Translations under genes and position numbers: made by a program
Notes under the pieces: model-generated
The model's input: only the letters and a program-made list of their open reading frames with translations
Told to the model about the DNA's origin: nothing
Database searches by the model: none
Source: Hyaloraphidium curvatum SAG 235-1
Taxonomy: Eukaryota; Fungi; Monoblepharomycota
Length of the DNA stretch: 64,000 nt
Direction: 5' to 3'
Assembly: GCA_025558095.1 (NCBI GenBank)
Contig: JAIVFI010000042.1
Location: 248,001-312,000 of the forward strand
Shown here: positions 43,142-57,373 of the stretch, one piece after another
How the letters are laid out: each line of letters starts with the position of its first letter
Numbering within the stretch: the first letter of the stretch is position 1

Positions 43142-46100
43142 TCAATGCTCCTTGTCCGCCAGCGCGACTTCCTCGTCGCGCTCCAAAGCCGAGAACGCTC
43201 CCTTCAGAAGACTGACAATGTCACCGAGTCCAACCACCTCCCCGCCGCCGCCTTTGCCCCCGCCGCGGCTGGCCAGCGGCAGCATCCTCGCGTTCTCGAC
43301 GTCAGCCCCGAGATCTTCCTCCGCATCGGCGTCCTGAGCTGCGGCGGCCTTGCCGCTCAACGCCATCCGCCGCGTTTCGTAGAGCTCGAAAAGGCCCTCC
43401 TCGATCGTGTTGGCCACGAGGTACCTCCAGACGTGGGTGGTGCGGGTCTGGCCGATGCGGTGCACGCGGTTGATGGCCTGGAGCTCCACGCCAGGGTGCA
43501 GAATGGGCTCGACGATCATGACGTGCGTCGCATTGACCAGGGTGAGGCCGGAGCTCTGCGACTTTGCGTGGAGGATAAAGACGCGGATCTCCGGGTTGCG
43601 GCGGAACTGCACAGCGGCACGGTTGCGCTGCGACCCCTGGAAGCGTACGTAGTGGATGCCGTTCTTGGCCAGGCCGTTGGCCAGGAAGTCCAGCACCTGC
43701 TCCCACTGCGAAAAGAGCACGACCTTCTCCCCCTTGTCCAAAGACATGATGTGGCGCACGATCGTGTCCAGCTTGCTGCCAAAGGAGCCCAGGAGGTGGA
43801 TCTTCTGCACCTTCGTGGTCGACGTCGCCGGCAGCACGTCGCAGAAGCTCGACGCGCGGCGGATGACGCCCTCGAGCGTCAGCTCGTCACTCTTCCGTTT
43901 CGTGCTGTTGAACGACACGCGATTGATCTCCGAGACCGCCATGGTCGAGTTGCACGTCGGGCACTTGCGGTGCTGGTTGACCCACTGCGTCAAGCAGGGG
44001 AGGCAGAAGAAGTGCGCGCACGGCGTGATTGCCGCGTTGTTGTACTCGTCCCGGCAAATGACACACACTCGTGCCTCGCCTTCCGGGGTCTCTTCGCTCA
44101 GGTGGAGCAGGTACTTCTTGCGCCCGTCCAGCTGGACGATCTTGGACTTGAGCTTCTTCTCGTCCTCGGCACACTGCTTGATGGCCCAGGTGAAGCTGTC
44201 CGCAATGTCGCCCTCCGTGAACTTGCCCGGCTCGACGGAGTCCGAGAGATCCTGCAGCGCGCGGAAGTACTCGATGCGAGCATTCTGGAGCTTGGTCATC
44301 AGCCTCGACTCCCTGCGAAACGTTAGGACCGGTGCCGCGCGCCACACGAGGGAGAACGTACTTCTGCAGAGCTTCGATCAGCTTCATGTTCCGGTCCACC
44401 TCCTTGTTCAGCCGCCGAAGCTCGTTCTGGCAGAGCATCGCTTCCGTCTCGGGCATGTTCGGCTTGTTGGCGACGTGGGCCCGAAGGGAGGCCGCGAGCC
44501 CCTTGAGGTTGTTGAGGCCCTTGGGGAGCGTCCTCTCCTTGTACAGCTGCTTCAGCAGATCGCTGCTGTTCTGCAGGTGGATGGTCCCCTCTTGGGGACG
44601 GGGTGCGCCGCTGAGGAGGGTGATTCGGTCCAGTAGAGCCTCGTTGTAGGCGTCTTGGTACACGTTGGCGTCCTCCTGCAGTTTGAGGCTCGTTTGGTAC
44701 TCGTTGCCGTGCGGTTTCTTGGCACCGCTGCCCGACGCCTCGTCCGATGCGGATTCGCCGCCGGCCTGCTCCGTGGAGGACCGTGCGGATCCTGCTCCGT
44801 TCGCAAGCTGCGGATCGCCCGCGGCCGTTTGCGGGGCCGCCGGATCCGACCTTTGGGGAGCTTCCGGTTCCGCGTAATCAAGATCCGTGGTGAGCACGTC
44901 AAGCACCTTCTTCCGCCAGGCCATCATCGTGGCACTCTGCTTGTTGAGCGCCGACACAGTGGCGTCGACCTGCATCATCAGTTCCTGGGTGACGATGCCG
45001 CCCTTGAAGGTACTGGGCGCGATGTGGAGATCGTTCTTGCCCGCGCTGCCGGCCTCCGCGGCTGCTTCGTCGATCCTCTTCTTGGCCTTCTCGACCTCCT
45101 TGATCCTCGGCCCCAGAATCTCCTGCCGGATCGACTCGGCACGGTCGTAAAACTGGTCCTCCAGCGCCTGCTCCTTGAGGGTGTTGTGGACGCAGGCAAT
45201 GAAGTATACCAGTCGGTGTTCCACCTCAAGCCACGCGGCGAGGCGGCCGGCTGCGGCGGAGAGCTTGTCGTCGGCTTCCTTGGTGGCCTCGTCTTCCTCT
45301 TCCGTGACCATCGAGTCAGCGTCGCCGGCTTTAGCCCCTTCGCCAGCGGCGCTGCGCGCGTCAGCTTCCTCGCGCAGCGCAGCGAGCTCCTTGCGCGCCT
45401 CGGCGACCGACTTTTCGACCCCGATGAGGAGGTTCTGGTACAGCTTGAGGGCGTCCGCAAAGGCCTTGCGCTGCTCGAGCGCCTGGGCCCGGCGGATCTG
45501 CACCCCGACCAGCTGGCGCTCGGCGGTGGTGAGGTCGCTCGAGCACTGGCGAACCATCCAGACAAGAACCTGAAGGGGACATAGGTGTGAGAGGTGGGTA
45601 TAAGTGTGACGCTGCAAGAGCGCCTACGTCGTTGATGCTCTTGATGAGCTGCGACCCCAAGGCGCGCTTGTTCTCCGCGCCGATCTGCGGGTGCACGCAA
45701 GTCTGCCGCAGCGTCGTGAGCCACTTGCCCAGCTTCGTCCTGTCCACCTCGCCGATCGAGTCCACGTCCGCCGCCGAGAGTACGGACTTCATGTCCTCCA
45801 GGCACAGCTCGAGCCGCTGCAAGTAGTACTCCCGCTCGACCTCCTTGAGGTTGACCGGGAAGATGTGCTCCTCCTGCGCAGGTATCGTCAGGTCCTCCTT
45901 GACGTGCTCCTTCGAGTTGCGGTGCATGATGATGCCCAGCGCGGCGAGCAGATTGTTTCGGTACGACGGGAGCGGGAGCATGGCGCGCCGGAACGCGAGG
46001 TGGTCGCTCAGCGTGCGGGGCTGCTTGAGGAAGAGAAAGAGGCCCTCCAGATCCTGGATGCCCGCCTTGCCGATCGGGGTGCCCGTGACGACCCTTTGAG

Positions 46101-48450
46101 GATGCCGGTTGGCCACCTGCCGGCCAGCGGACGCAAACGGAGCACACCCACCAAGCGTGCACCCGAGGAATCAGCCCGACCATCTCTGCCGCCTTGCTCA
46201 CGCCGCTCTCGACCCGCTGCGCCTCGTCCAGGCACACCCGCCACCACCGCGACGCCACCAGCGGGCTCGTCTTGCGCTCGTACCGCCTCTCGTACCGCCT
46301 TTCCCGCGCCGAATCGTCCTTGGCGTGCCAGACCTCCTTCTGCAGTACCTCGTACGTGGTGAGGACCACGTCGGCCGCGGCAAAGTCCGGCACCCCGTCA
46401 TCGCCGGACCGCTTGGACTTGGGCTTCATGCCGTTGACCACGTCCGAAGCGTTCTCGAGGCCGGTCTTGACCCCGGAGTAGACGACCACGTTGGTCGACG
46501 GGGCGTGCTGGGCGATCTCCTCGATCCACTGCGCCAGGATCGACTGCGGGGTCACGATCAAGGTCGCGGGGAGGAACGGAAGGTCCGCATCGGGCCCGCC
46601 CGCCACGTTGGCCCCCGCGGACCGCGGGCGCGCGGCCTTCTTGCCCTTGCCCTTGCAGTCGGCGCAGGCGAAGCCGGTGCCGTTGGGGTTGCCGACGCAT
46701 GAGGCGTGGAACGCGCGGGAGCACTTGGAGCACGTCGCGCGGGAATCGCCCGCCGCCACGTCTTCGCCGCACGAGCATGGCTCGACCAGGGGGGGCTGCG
46801 ACTGCGGCCCCGCGCGATGGGCGAGGACCAGAGACAGCAGCTCCACCGTCTTGCCGAGCCCCATCTGAATCGCAACGTCAGGAATGCAAACAGGGCGCAC
46901 CTAGAGAGAAAACCAACCTCTTCGGCAAGGATGCCATATCCGCCCCACGCAGCCCCTTCGTCAGCAAAGCCGCCGTCCCGCCGCATGGCCCCGGTCATCC
47001 GCTCGATCCAGAAAGCCCCGGCCGGGTTGCCGGGCAGCTCGAACTTTTCCCAGATACCCCCCTCGCGAATCGTCACGTCGCCCTGCGGCGGTTCAGCACG
47101 CTCCAGCCCATGGGTGGAGACGGCGACCCCCTCCCTGGCCAACATCCACTGCACGGCCCTCCTCTGGAACGGCAGCAGCGCGCACTCAAGTTCCGCGGGC
47201 TGGCGGAACGCGGGATCCCGCGGTTTGGGGTTCTTTGAGGGGAGGACCGCCGCGTACAGGTCGCGGACCTCGCCGCCGAGGTCGTCTAGGCGGGGCTCCC
47301 GGTTCTGGGGGCGGCCTCCGGAAGGGCGTGCGGGGAGGAGGTGGTTGAACAGGTCGTGCGTGAGCGGCGAGAAGAAGGACGACGAGGCGGCACGCGCGGA
47401 AGAGAGGGAGGCCGAGGTGCCCATGGGCAGGAGGAGGGGGAAAGACAGGTGGAATGACAGGCAATCGTCCGCGGCACTGTAAGTAACCGCCAGCCTGGGG
47501 TCGTGCGTAGCGACGGAGAGGTCGGCCGATTCGGCCTGGCGCGCGAGGTTGTAGATGGCGTGCAGGAGTGTCGGGGCAGGACGGTGCCGCCTCGTCTGCC
47601 CGTTCGGCACGGCCACATCCGAGGCGACGACCGACATGGGCAAGCCCGAGTCGTAGCGGCCAGTGGTTGACAGGCGCACGTAGGGGTAGACGAGCGGCTT
47701 CCAGAACAGCGTCGCAAGGCCGCCCCAGGCCGTGCGGTACTTGCAGACCAGGACGGGGTGGGTCACGCTGGCGCCCGTCTCGGGCACGCGGAAGGTCTCC
47801 AAGCGGAACGAGATGGCCGGCTCGAGGTGCAGGCCGCCCGAAGCGGCGAGCTGCTTGGCGGCGTGGAAGGCATCTGCGGCCTCCGCGGCGGCCGCGTCCC
47901 CGGCGGCGTCCTCGGCCTCATCGTCGCCGACCAGCAGCAGATCCGCGTCCTCCAGGGTCCACTTGACAACGATGTCGACGGAGCCGACCCACTCGCCGCC
48001 CGCGCCGGGCCCCGCGGCGGCCTCCCGGATCGGCGTCTCAGAGGACGCGGGCGCGTCCCCTTCGGCTCCGCCGGCCGGTGCGCAGATGCCGACCCACTCG
48101 AGCGGCGGGTGGCCGACGGCGGCGGGCGCGGGCGCGGGTGCGGGTGCCGGCGCGCGGGTGCGGGCGAGGTGGAGCGCGTGCGGGCGGAGTGCGGCCACGA
48201 ACGGCGAGTCGTGCGCGAGCGCCAGGGCGTGCGCGGGCTCATCGGCGGGGTCGGCGGCGCCGGCGACCTCCGCACCGCCGGCGGGCCCGCCCGGCTGCCG
48301 CGGCGCGCCCGTCGCCCCCGCGTCCCCGCCGGCCGCGGACGCCGCGGCCTCCACCCGGCGGCGCTTCGGTGGGCGGGCTTCCTCCTCCGCCGGTCCGAAC
48401 CGTTCCCATAGCGAGCTGACCGCAGTCTCAAGCCTGCCGAGCCCGGACAT
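43142..48450 (-). CDS. SHPRH: SHPRH/Irc20-type SNF2 ATPase with PHD finger and RING E3 ligase
   Basis: LLPFQRRAVQWM, GILAEEMGLGKT, inserted PHD (CSC..CSKC..H..C..CADC), WWRVCLDEAQ, TGTPI, RING CVICRD..CAHFFCLPC..CPTC, QAINRVHRIGQ. Confidence 0.9.
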
Positions 48451-48546
48451 CGCGGCGTGGGAACGGCGATCTCTCCCCACGAGCTCTCAACCGCGGCCGC
48501 GACATCACACGGTACTGCCGTCCCCGTCTTCCTTTCGCCGAGGACG

Positions 48547-50042
48547 ATGCAGGCCCGGAGCGCGGACGACTTCTTCCTCTCGGATGCCGCGCATGCAAAC
48601 AATGCGCGGCGCGAGGAAAAGATGCGCTCCGGCCTCGGGTCGTCCGCCGGCGCGCCATTCCGCCCGAGCAACGGGTCAAAGATCCTGGCCATGGCCGCCT
48701 CGCCCGCATCGCCAGAGGGCGCCCGCATCTACATAGGGGAAAGCTCGGGCGTGGCCCGCACAGTGAACCTGGACGTGCGTCCGGCGCCTCGCCGCCCCGC
48801 TGCCGGGTCTGACCGGGGCCTTCCTTCAGACAAAGACGACCGTGCGCGTGTTCAAGGGCCACACGGGCCCCGTGACGTGCCTGGCCGTGGAGCAAAACCC
48901 GGAAACGGGCGAGGACGCGTTCCTCTACACCGGCTCGTGGGACAAGACCATTAAGCGATGGGACATTAGGGTTCGTGCCGTCGGTGCGGCGACCCCCCGG
49001 ATCTCTTTGCTCACGCGCCCTTCCTGCCCGCCGCAACCCCGGCACCGTAGACCGGACAGTGCGTCACGACCTTCAGCGGCCACACGGACTTTGTCAAGTG
49101 CATCCTGCTTATCCCGCCGGCCGTACTCGCGGAGCTGCTCCCGGCTTCACACCCCAAGCCCACGAGCCCCAAGCTCGTCTCCTCCTCGTCCGACCGCAGC
49201 ATCAAGCTGTGGGACGTCGCAACCGGCCGCGCCGAACGGACGCTGAAGGGGCACCCCCGCGGTGTTGAGTGTCTCGCGGTCTTCTTTTCGGAGCCGTCGG
49301 AAGGTCGGCCGCAGGCGACGCTGCTCTCGGGCGGCAGCGAGGGGTTCGTGCACGGCTGGAACTTTGGCGACGTGCTGGCGTCCGACCGGGCCGTGCTCGA
49401 TTCGGAGGACGACAGGCTGCACCTGCAGGGAGGGCACGAAACGAGCGTCTACGGGCTGGCAGTCTTGGAAGGGCACTTTTGGAGTGGTGGGCCGAGCCGC
49501 CGGGGTTTCCGCTCCGCGAAGCGCTCACGTTTCCCGCCCGTCCGCAGTGTCTGCCGACAAATCGGCCCGGAGATGGGACTCGGACAGCGGGTTCGCGCAG
49601 GATCTGCGCCTCGAGCACCCCGACTTTGTCCGCTGCATCGCCGTGCACCCGACGCTGCCCATGGTCTTTACCGGCTGCAGGGACGAGGAGATCCGGTGTT
49701 GGGACACACAGGTTCGTCCGCGACGGCCCTGGTCTATGACTCGGCGATCTGACCCCTTGATCGCCGCCCCAGACGGGCGATCTCGTCGCCGAGATCTCGG
49801 GGCACTACGGCGACGTCACTTCCCTGCTCATACCCCCGGCCGACCCCTCGAAGCTGCTTTCCGCGTCGCTGGACGGCACGGTGCGGACGTGGGACGTGTC
49901 CCCCGACGGCATGCGGGCGCACGCCCGGGCATGGAGGGACAAGCTGGACGAGGCGGAAGCGGCGAAGCGGAGGGAGGAGGCGGCGAAGACGGGGATCACG
50001 GAAGAAGAGGAGAGGGAGCTGATGGAATTGATGGAAGATTAG
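48547..50042 (+). CDS. WD40-repeat protein
   Basis: GHTGPVTCL..TGSWDKTIKRWD, GHTDFVKC..SSDRSIKLWD, SADKSARRWD, SLDGTVRTWD; acidic tail ITEEEERELMELMED*. Confidence 0.88.
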
Positions 50043-50064
50043 ACCGCTTTGCGTCCTCTGCTGA

Positions 50065-50522
<458 letters not shown>

Positions 50523-50667
50523 GGGGGGTTCGCCAGGAGATCCGAGCGGGCGGACCGGCCAACCCAGCGCGGGACAGCCGTGTCCCATGTGGATCATGTT
50601 CGACACGATTCTCCCTTCAACTTCTCTACGTTCATTCTGACCATGTCCGAGCTTTCTGTCCCCGTTG

Positions 50668-53600
50668 CTACCGTGCCGCAAGGTTCTCTACAAACTCGAG
50701 GGCCTTCTTCTTCACGTGGTCCACCTGGCCGTTCGGCTGCTTCTTCTCCCATTCCAGCCAGCGCTTGAAAATGTCCCTCGCCCGCTTGCTCGAGAGCTGG
50801 AGGTTCGTCATGCGCTCAAACAACCTGCGGACCCGCTCGGGCTCCCCGGGCCGGGCCTTCGAGCCCTGCTCCATGTCCAAGTAGATGGACCAGATGTCCA
50901 GTCGCTTCGGGTATGTGCTGACGACGCTCTCCAGAATCGTGCGGCCGCGTTCGGGCTCGCCAAAGCGGAACTCCATCTGGGCAAACTTGACAATGGTCTC
51001 GATGTCTGCGATTGTGCCGAAAGTCAACCGGGAGTGAAGCCCGGTGCTGCGCCGCACTCACGTTTCCGCTTTGCCAAGCTCTGAATCGCCCGTTGAAGCG
51101 TCTTCCGCGACTCGTCAATCTTGCCACGCTTGATGTAGAAGAGGCCCAATCCGATCCAGACTTTGGAGCTCTCCTTGAACTTCTTGGCCATCGCCTCGTA
51201 AAGAGCTTCGGCGAGCTGTTCGGGACGTGCTGACATCACTACGAGTCGCGCCGCGTTGCGATCTCGACGCACCTGGTCCTTCCCCGACTGTTCATAGATC
51301 GCCACCATTCGGAGGTGCATATCCTTCGAATCGTTGTACTGGCAGGCGCGCGCAAAGACGGCATCCAGCTTGTCCTGGGTCCCGTAAGCATTCTCCAGGT
51401 TCAAGTACGCGATCCAGACGTTGAGCTTCTCGGCTTCTTCCCGGAAGTGGATCGTCTGGAGGGCGCGCTCAGCCACCTCCCTCGCCCGCTCAACCTCCCC
51501 GAGCTGCAGGTGAAAAGCCATGTACTTGACCCAGATGTAAGAGGACGACGGCGAACCCAGCAGGAAGCGCTCAAAGTCGTCGGCGGACTGCGGCGCCCTG
51601 TTGGGGTCAAGCATTTCCTCCTCCTTGCGGCTGATTTCCTCTTCCAGCTCCCTTTTTGACCTCCGTTTGGCGCGGCGCGACTTGCCGTGCTCTGCCCGGT
51701 CTTCCCCTTGATCATCGTCGGCGGAGGCGTCCGCCTCGACCTCCTCATCCGAAGCACGAGTGGCTTTGGCGTCCCAGACAAATCCGTGAGAGGTCTCGAG
51801 CGCGCCGGCTTCTCCGTCCTCGCTGCTTTGGTCCGAGTCTGATGCAGAGTCCATCCGGTTGGCGATGCCGTTGTAAGCGTCGGCCACAGGTTCGCCTCCC
51901 CCGTCGTCCTCGCTCCAGTCCTCCACTTCTTCAACGCCGCCTAAACTGCCATGCGACCGAGTTTCCGAATCGTCTCCCACCGACTCCTCCTCTCCGCCTG
52001 TCTCCTTATCTTCTTCCTCCGAGAGCTCGCCGCCAAGCTCTTCCTCAAAGTAGGTCGACTTCAGTCCGAATGAGACCCGTTTTCGCGTCTCATCAACCTT
52101 CAATATGATGGCTCGCACGGCGTCCCCAACTTGGTACAACTTGTCGATCTGCTTGACCGGTACATCGGCCAGCTGGACGAGCAAAGACGATGTCAGATGG
52201 AGCATTCGACAGCCGAACGTGGTCCGCCAACCTCAGAGATGTGGCAGAGGCCGCTGATACCCTGGCTGTCGTCAACGCGGATAAAGACGCCGAAGCTCTC
52301 GACTTTGGTGACGACTCCATCGACCTTCATGCCTTTCTCCAGATCGGACCATCCGAGACGCTTTCCTCGTCCGCTCCGACCCGCATCGCCCGCTTTTATC
52401 GAGAACTCCACGTGCCGCTTTGGCAGGTCGACGCTGGACGTACATCAGATTGAGCACACGAAAGGGCGTGCGGAAGACCCACCTGATCACTTTCCCGGCC
52501 ACGAGCTGCCCAACTTTCACCAGGCTCTGCCAATCCTTGACGAAATCATGCGAGATCTCTGATATCTTGAGCCGCGCCGTGACGTGGCGGCCGAGTGCGA
52601 CAAAGGCGCCCTTGTCGGTGACATTCACGATGTACCCGCGAATATCCTGGCCGACCTCCAGATCCCCAACGCTAGCCACTTCCGGATCTCTTGCCGGCTT
52701 TCCCGTTGTCGGCCTTAGCCGCGACGTCCGCAGAGAAAGGTCAAGATGATGCCGCTCCGAATCATGCTCCACGACCACCGCACGCACGACGTCCCCAGGA
52801 GCATACCCTTGCGTCGGGTTCTCCTGGTAACTATCGGCGATGTCCGTCAACGCGACCTTTCCATAGCGATGGCCGGAGAGCTGCAAAACGATTCCCTTGA
52901 CGGCATCTGCGCTAACGACCCTTCCCACCGCGGCGGCACCAGGCACGGAAGCCGCTTGCTGCGGTTCGATGAGAGAGAGGTCAACGGTCCTTTTGTCCAG
53001 ATCTACCCGGATGACGTGGCATTTGACAGCTTGTCCCACGAAAAAAATGTCGGCCAAGTTCGACACCACCGTCGCATCCTCGGATGCATCCACGCCGCTG
53101 ATGCGCCCCTGAAGAGTCGGGCTCAGATGAACCCAAAGAGCAGAGTCCTTCACATCGTGGATGAACCCCGGGAGGACATCCCCAACTGCGACGTGCGAGA
53201 CGTCGGGCGGGGGCCTGTGGTCGTCGCCCGCGCCGTTCGCATTCTCTAAGTCACTCGGCCGCACCGTCATCTCAACGACAGTCTGGGTGATGGGGTTGCG
53301 ATGTGTGATGGGCAAGTACTTGTGGTTCTTTGAGGAAATCAATCCAAGAACCTTGCAACTGATCTCCTGTCCAGGCTTCAGGTGCGCCAAGGGTCGCGCA
53401 GGATCCGGGATCCCTTCGAAGCTGTCGAAAATCTCCGTGACGTGAACCCGTCCCCGAAGATTGGCAGCTAGCACGACATTCAACTGGCTGTCCTTGATCG
53501 ATTTGATCCTGCCTTTGGTTAGGCAGCCGACGTTGTAGTCCGATAGGGCAGTCATCCTCGGGTCGATGGGATCGACGACCAGCCGTTTAGCGTCGGCGCT

Positions 53601-56600
53601 ACCGGATTCTCCGCGCACGTCGTCGCGAGATCGGATCAGCACCAGAGTTTTTGACTCGGCCAACCCCTGAAGAGATAGCGGGCTGGACGGAGCTGCCTTG
53701 CGTTCCTGAACCAACTCCACGCTGACGGTCTGGCCAACTTTCAATGGCTTTTGGCCACCGCGCAAGCTCCGTGCGGTCGAAAATATGATTTCGCCGCGCC
53801 CCGACGTGTCCTCGACTTCCAAAACCACCGCAGCCGCTTGAACGACCCTGACGATGGCAAGGCTCAACTTCGATGTCCCAAGCGCGGCCGTTCCCGAAGC
53901 CTTATCCGAAGTGAGAGCAACTCGCATGCCGTTCTTCCCGTATCCCAGCGACCGGCACAAGACTTGCCTACCCCTCTTGGGAACCGTGGCTGCATTGGCA
54001 AGAAGTCAGACATGAAACACTCGCCCACGTATCCACCCTACCTTTGTCCGCACCCAATGCAATGATGCCGTTCAGTCCGTTGTTGAGCTCGACTTCCACG
54101 TCTTCAGCGCCGATTTGCTTCACCACACCCGTGTCCACTGAGCCAATCGGGAAGAGTTCTAGAGCTTTTCGTGCACGCGGATCCAGCGATAATCCGGATT
54201 TGGTCCAGCGGCAGAAGTCCACGGCATCCTGCTCTTCCACGAGCGCCTCGACATACCGCCGTTCGAGATCCCCCGCAATCGGCACGTCAACCAACGAAAG
54301 GCTGAAGCGGCCGCTCTGCGTATTCACCGAAGCCACACGCGCAGCAACAGTCTGCCCAACATTGAACAGAGACGCAGGGCTGCCGGTGAAGCCGACAGCA
54401 ATGTCTTGCTTTTTCAGGTAGCCGACGAGATCGCCCAGGAACGATACGAAGACGCCGGCATCGGTCACGTTTTTGACGAAACCAACCACCACCGAGCCCG
54501 TCTTGACACCGCCAAACGACACCGGAACGTTGCCGTCCGCGACGGCTTGCTGCATGACCCGGTTGCGTGTGACAAACAACCTGGATCTCACGAGATCCGT
54601 GTGTACCACCATCAGGCTCTCCACCAAAGAACCGTCCCTGAGGCCGTCAAAAAGCACCATCTGGTGTTCCGGCACCTCGGCCAACTGGTGCCGCGGCAAG
54701 ACCGCAACCAAGCCCGATCCCTCCAGCTGCAACACTGCCGAATCAGTGGTCTTCGAAATCACCTTGCCCGACACGATGCTCCCGAGAGGGATGTCGCCGA
54801 GCCCCAGCGCGTAGCTTGTCGAAGTAAGGACAAGCGATAAACGCAACTTGGCCTCCTCCGGATCGCAGCTCAGGATTCGGCACTTGACGCTCTGCCCGAG
54901 CTTGACGACATCCGAGGCCGCATTGACGTACTGCGTGCTGCATGCAACCATCATTAGGACGAAACACGACAAAGGGGGCACCGGGTAGGTACCTAAGCTC
55001 CGATATTGGGACGAGACCCTTCACGTTGGCATAAAAAGAGACAATGCAACCCCATCGATCGACCTTGGTCACAGTTCCCTGTACGATGGTGCCTTCGACC
55101 GCAGCTTGATACGAGCTCAAAACCGGCAACGAGTCCTGCACGAGAGACTTCTTTGCCGTGAGGACCATTCGACGTGCCTCGGGGTTCACGGATACGATCC
55201 TGAGCTTCAGCTTTTGGCCAGGCTTGAACATCTTGTCGGGACGTTGAAGCTTTACGTCAGAAAGTTGCGCCGTCGGAACGAAGCCGTTGACAGCCTCCGT
55301 GAGCTTGACCAGGGCCCCGGACGGCTGGAGCCGCAGAATCTCTCCCGTCACCAGCGTCCCAGGTTGAACGTCCCAGTACCCAACGAAAGGCAGACCGAAG
55401 ATGCTGGGCTGGAGAGACAGCTGGACGAGCTCATCGCACAGGTCGAAGCCAAGCAGCCGGGCCTTGTGCTTGGTCCCAACGGCAAACTTGTTTGGCGGGA
55501 TCTTGGCAAGGTGTGAATCCGAAATGCGCGATATCTGCGGGCAAGGCCGTTCATTTTGAACGGTCCAAACGGTGAAAGTAGCGCGACCCACATGCACGAA
55601 ACCAAACGCCGCGCCACACGATACCAAAAGGCCATTGGCTCCGTCCGTCCGAAGGACAGCAACCTCGTCCAACACGCTGCCGATCCTGTAGCTCGTCCCA
55701 TCGAAAGCGTGCGCAGCGCCGCCGGAGCCGCTGAGCAAGGCGGCTCCCCTGTTCCAGTTCACCAGCGCATCCTTGAGCGTCAAGGTGACGGTCTTGGTCT
55801 CCAAATCCACCCCGAGAATGCGGGCCCGTAGTTTCTGATCGACCTTGTACCGCTCTGGGACGGGTTTGAATGCCGACTGAGGATGCATGGGAAGCTGGAG
55901 ATAGTGGACGGTTCCGGAAAACACTCCTCCGAAGGCCAAACGTATTCCGTCCTCGGTGGAGGCAGTGACCCGCGCATTGACCAACAGACCCGGCCTCAAA
56001 GCGTCCAACTGCGCTGCCGAAAGGGTCTGCTCCGGCACCACGGCCCGAGCCAAGGAGGTCCCCTTTGCAGAACACGTAATGACGCGTTTCGATTTGTCCG
56101 TGGTGAGGATCGTCACCGTCACCGTCTGGCCAAGAGCAAGTCCACGAGCCGGTCCCGCCCCGTCGGAATCGTCCGCAACGTTTGGCGCATGATCGTCATG
56201 CAGGAAACAGGACACTTTTGGTATCCCCACGTCCATCAAGTACCCGTGATCTTCCCTGGACAGCACCGACGCAGCCAGAACCTGTGAGCAAGAGGAGGAT
56301 CAACAAAAGCATCGAGGTCATGGGCATGTTGTCGCACCATTCCCTCGAAAAGCGACTTCGCTGTCAGGCCACAGTTGGTTGCGGACGGCTTGATCGACAG
56401 TTCCACCCGGCGCCTCTGTTTGCCCACTCCATCACCATCAATTGCAGGCTCCGAGGATGCCCCTTTGCCGGGGCCACTGCCCAGTTCGGTCACGACGCAG
56501 CGCAGCACCTGGCCAACATGGAAAAGCGCCTCCAACGACGGGAGCGAGACCTCGTCCTCCACCCCCTGGCCGCCTTGGCCAGGCTCAGAAGAATCGTCTC

Positions 56601-57122
56601 CATCCTCCGAGGCTGAGGACTCGTCTTCGGGGGTTTCCATATCCGCGTCAGCGCCCGATGCGCCCAGCGCTGCGCGCTCGACCGCTTTCGAGACCAAATC
56701 AGATACCTCTGTGATGGGAACGAATCCCGTGAGGTTGTTGGGGAGGGAAACCACAAGTTCCAAGTCATGAATCTCCTTCACGACTCCAAGAAAGTGGGAA
56801 GATAGCGCCTTGAGGCTCTGCGGGGGGGTTGGTTGGGTTCCGAGCCCGTCAGCATCGCAGCGGCACCTCGCACCTTGAACCGCCAAGGATCCACACCACC
56901 CTCGACGTTTCTGTTGGGCAAAGTGGCCCCTTTGGATTTCAGCTTCTTGGACTTCGGCTCCTCGGCCGGAACAGGGGCAGCAGTAGTCTCGCGAGCTCGC
57001 TTGAGCTTCGGCGTACTAGGCTCCGAAGCAAGCTCCTTCTTCCGCCGGTCTGAGCTTGCCCGCGGAAAGGCGGTCGCATCCTCGCCTCCCCCGTCTCCGC
57101 GGCCGCGCGGGAAGTCCTCCAT
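50668..57122 (-). CDS. RRP5: rRNA biogenesis protein Rrp5 (S1 repeats plus C-terminal HAT/TPR)
   Basis: N-terminal EDFPRG, many S1 repeats, PQSADDFERFLLGSPSSSYIWVKYMAFHL, EEAEKLNVWIAYLNLE, YPKRLDIWSIYLD. Confidence 0.93.
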
Positions 57123-57373
57123 CGGTTGGTCAGACGACGACGACCAAGATTTGTCTCTTTGGTTGTTGACCTGGACGCTGCGGTCATCGCGCGCGCATGT
57201 CGCATTGCTAGGCGGCGCGGGGCCCTTCTCGGCGCTGATCTGCAGCAGAATCGGAATTCGGACGTTTCATTTCCTCACAGAAGCGCCGGACTGGTCCCCC
57301 GCTGACCGGGCCTCTGGACGCCGTCAGCACAGTCTTGGCAGCGCTGCCGCTGCCGCCGGTGCACTTTCCGAGG

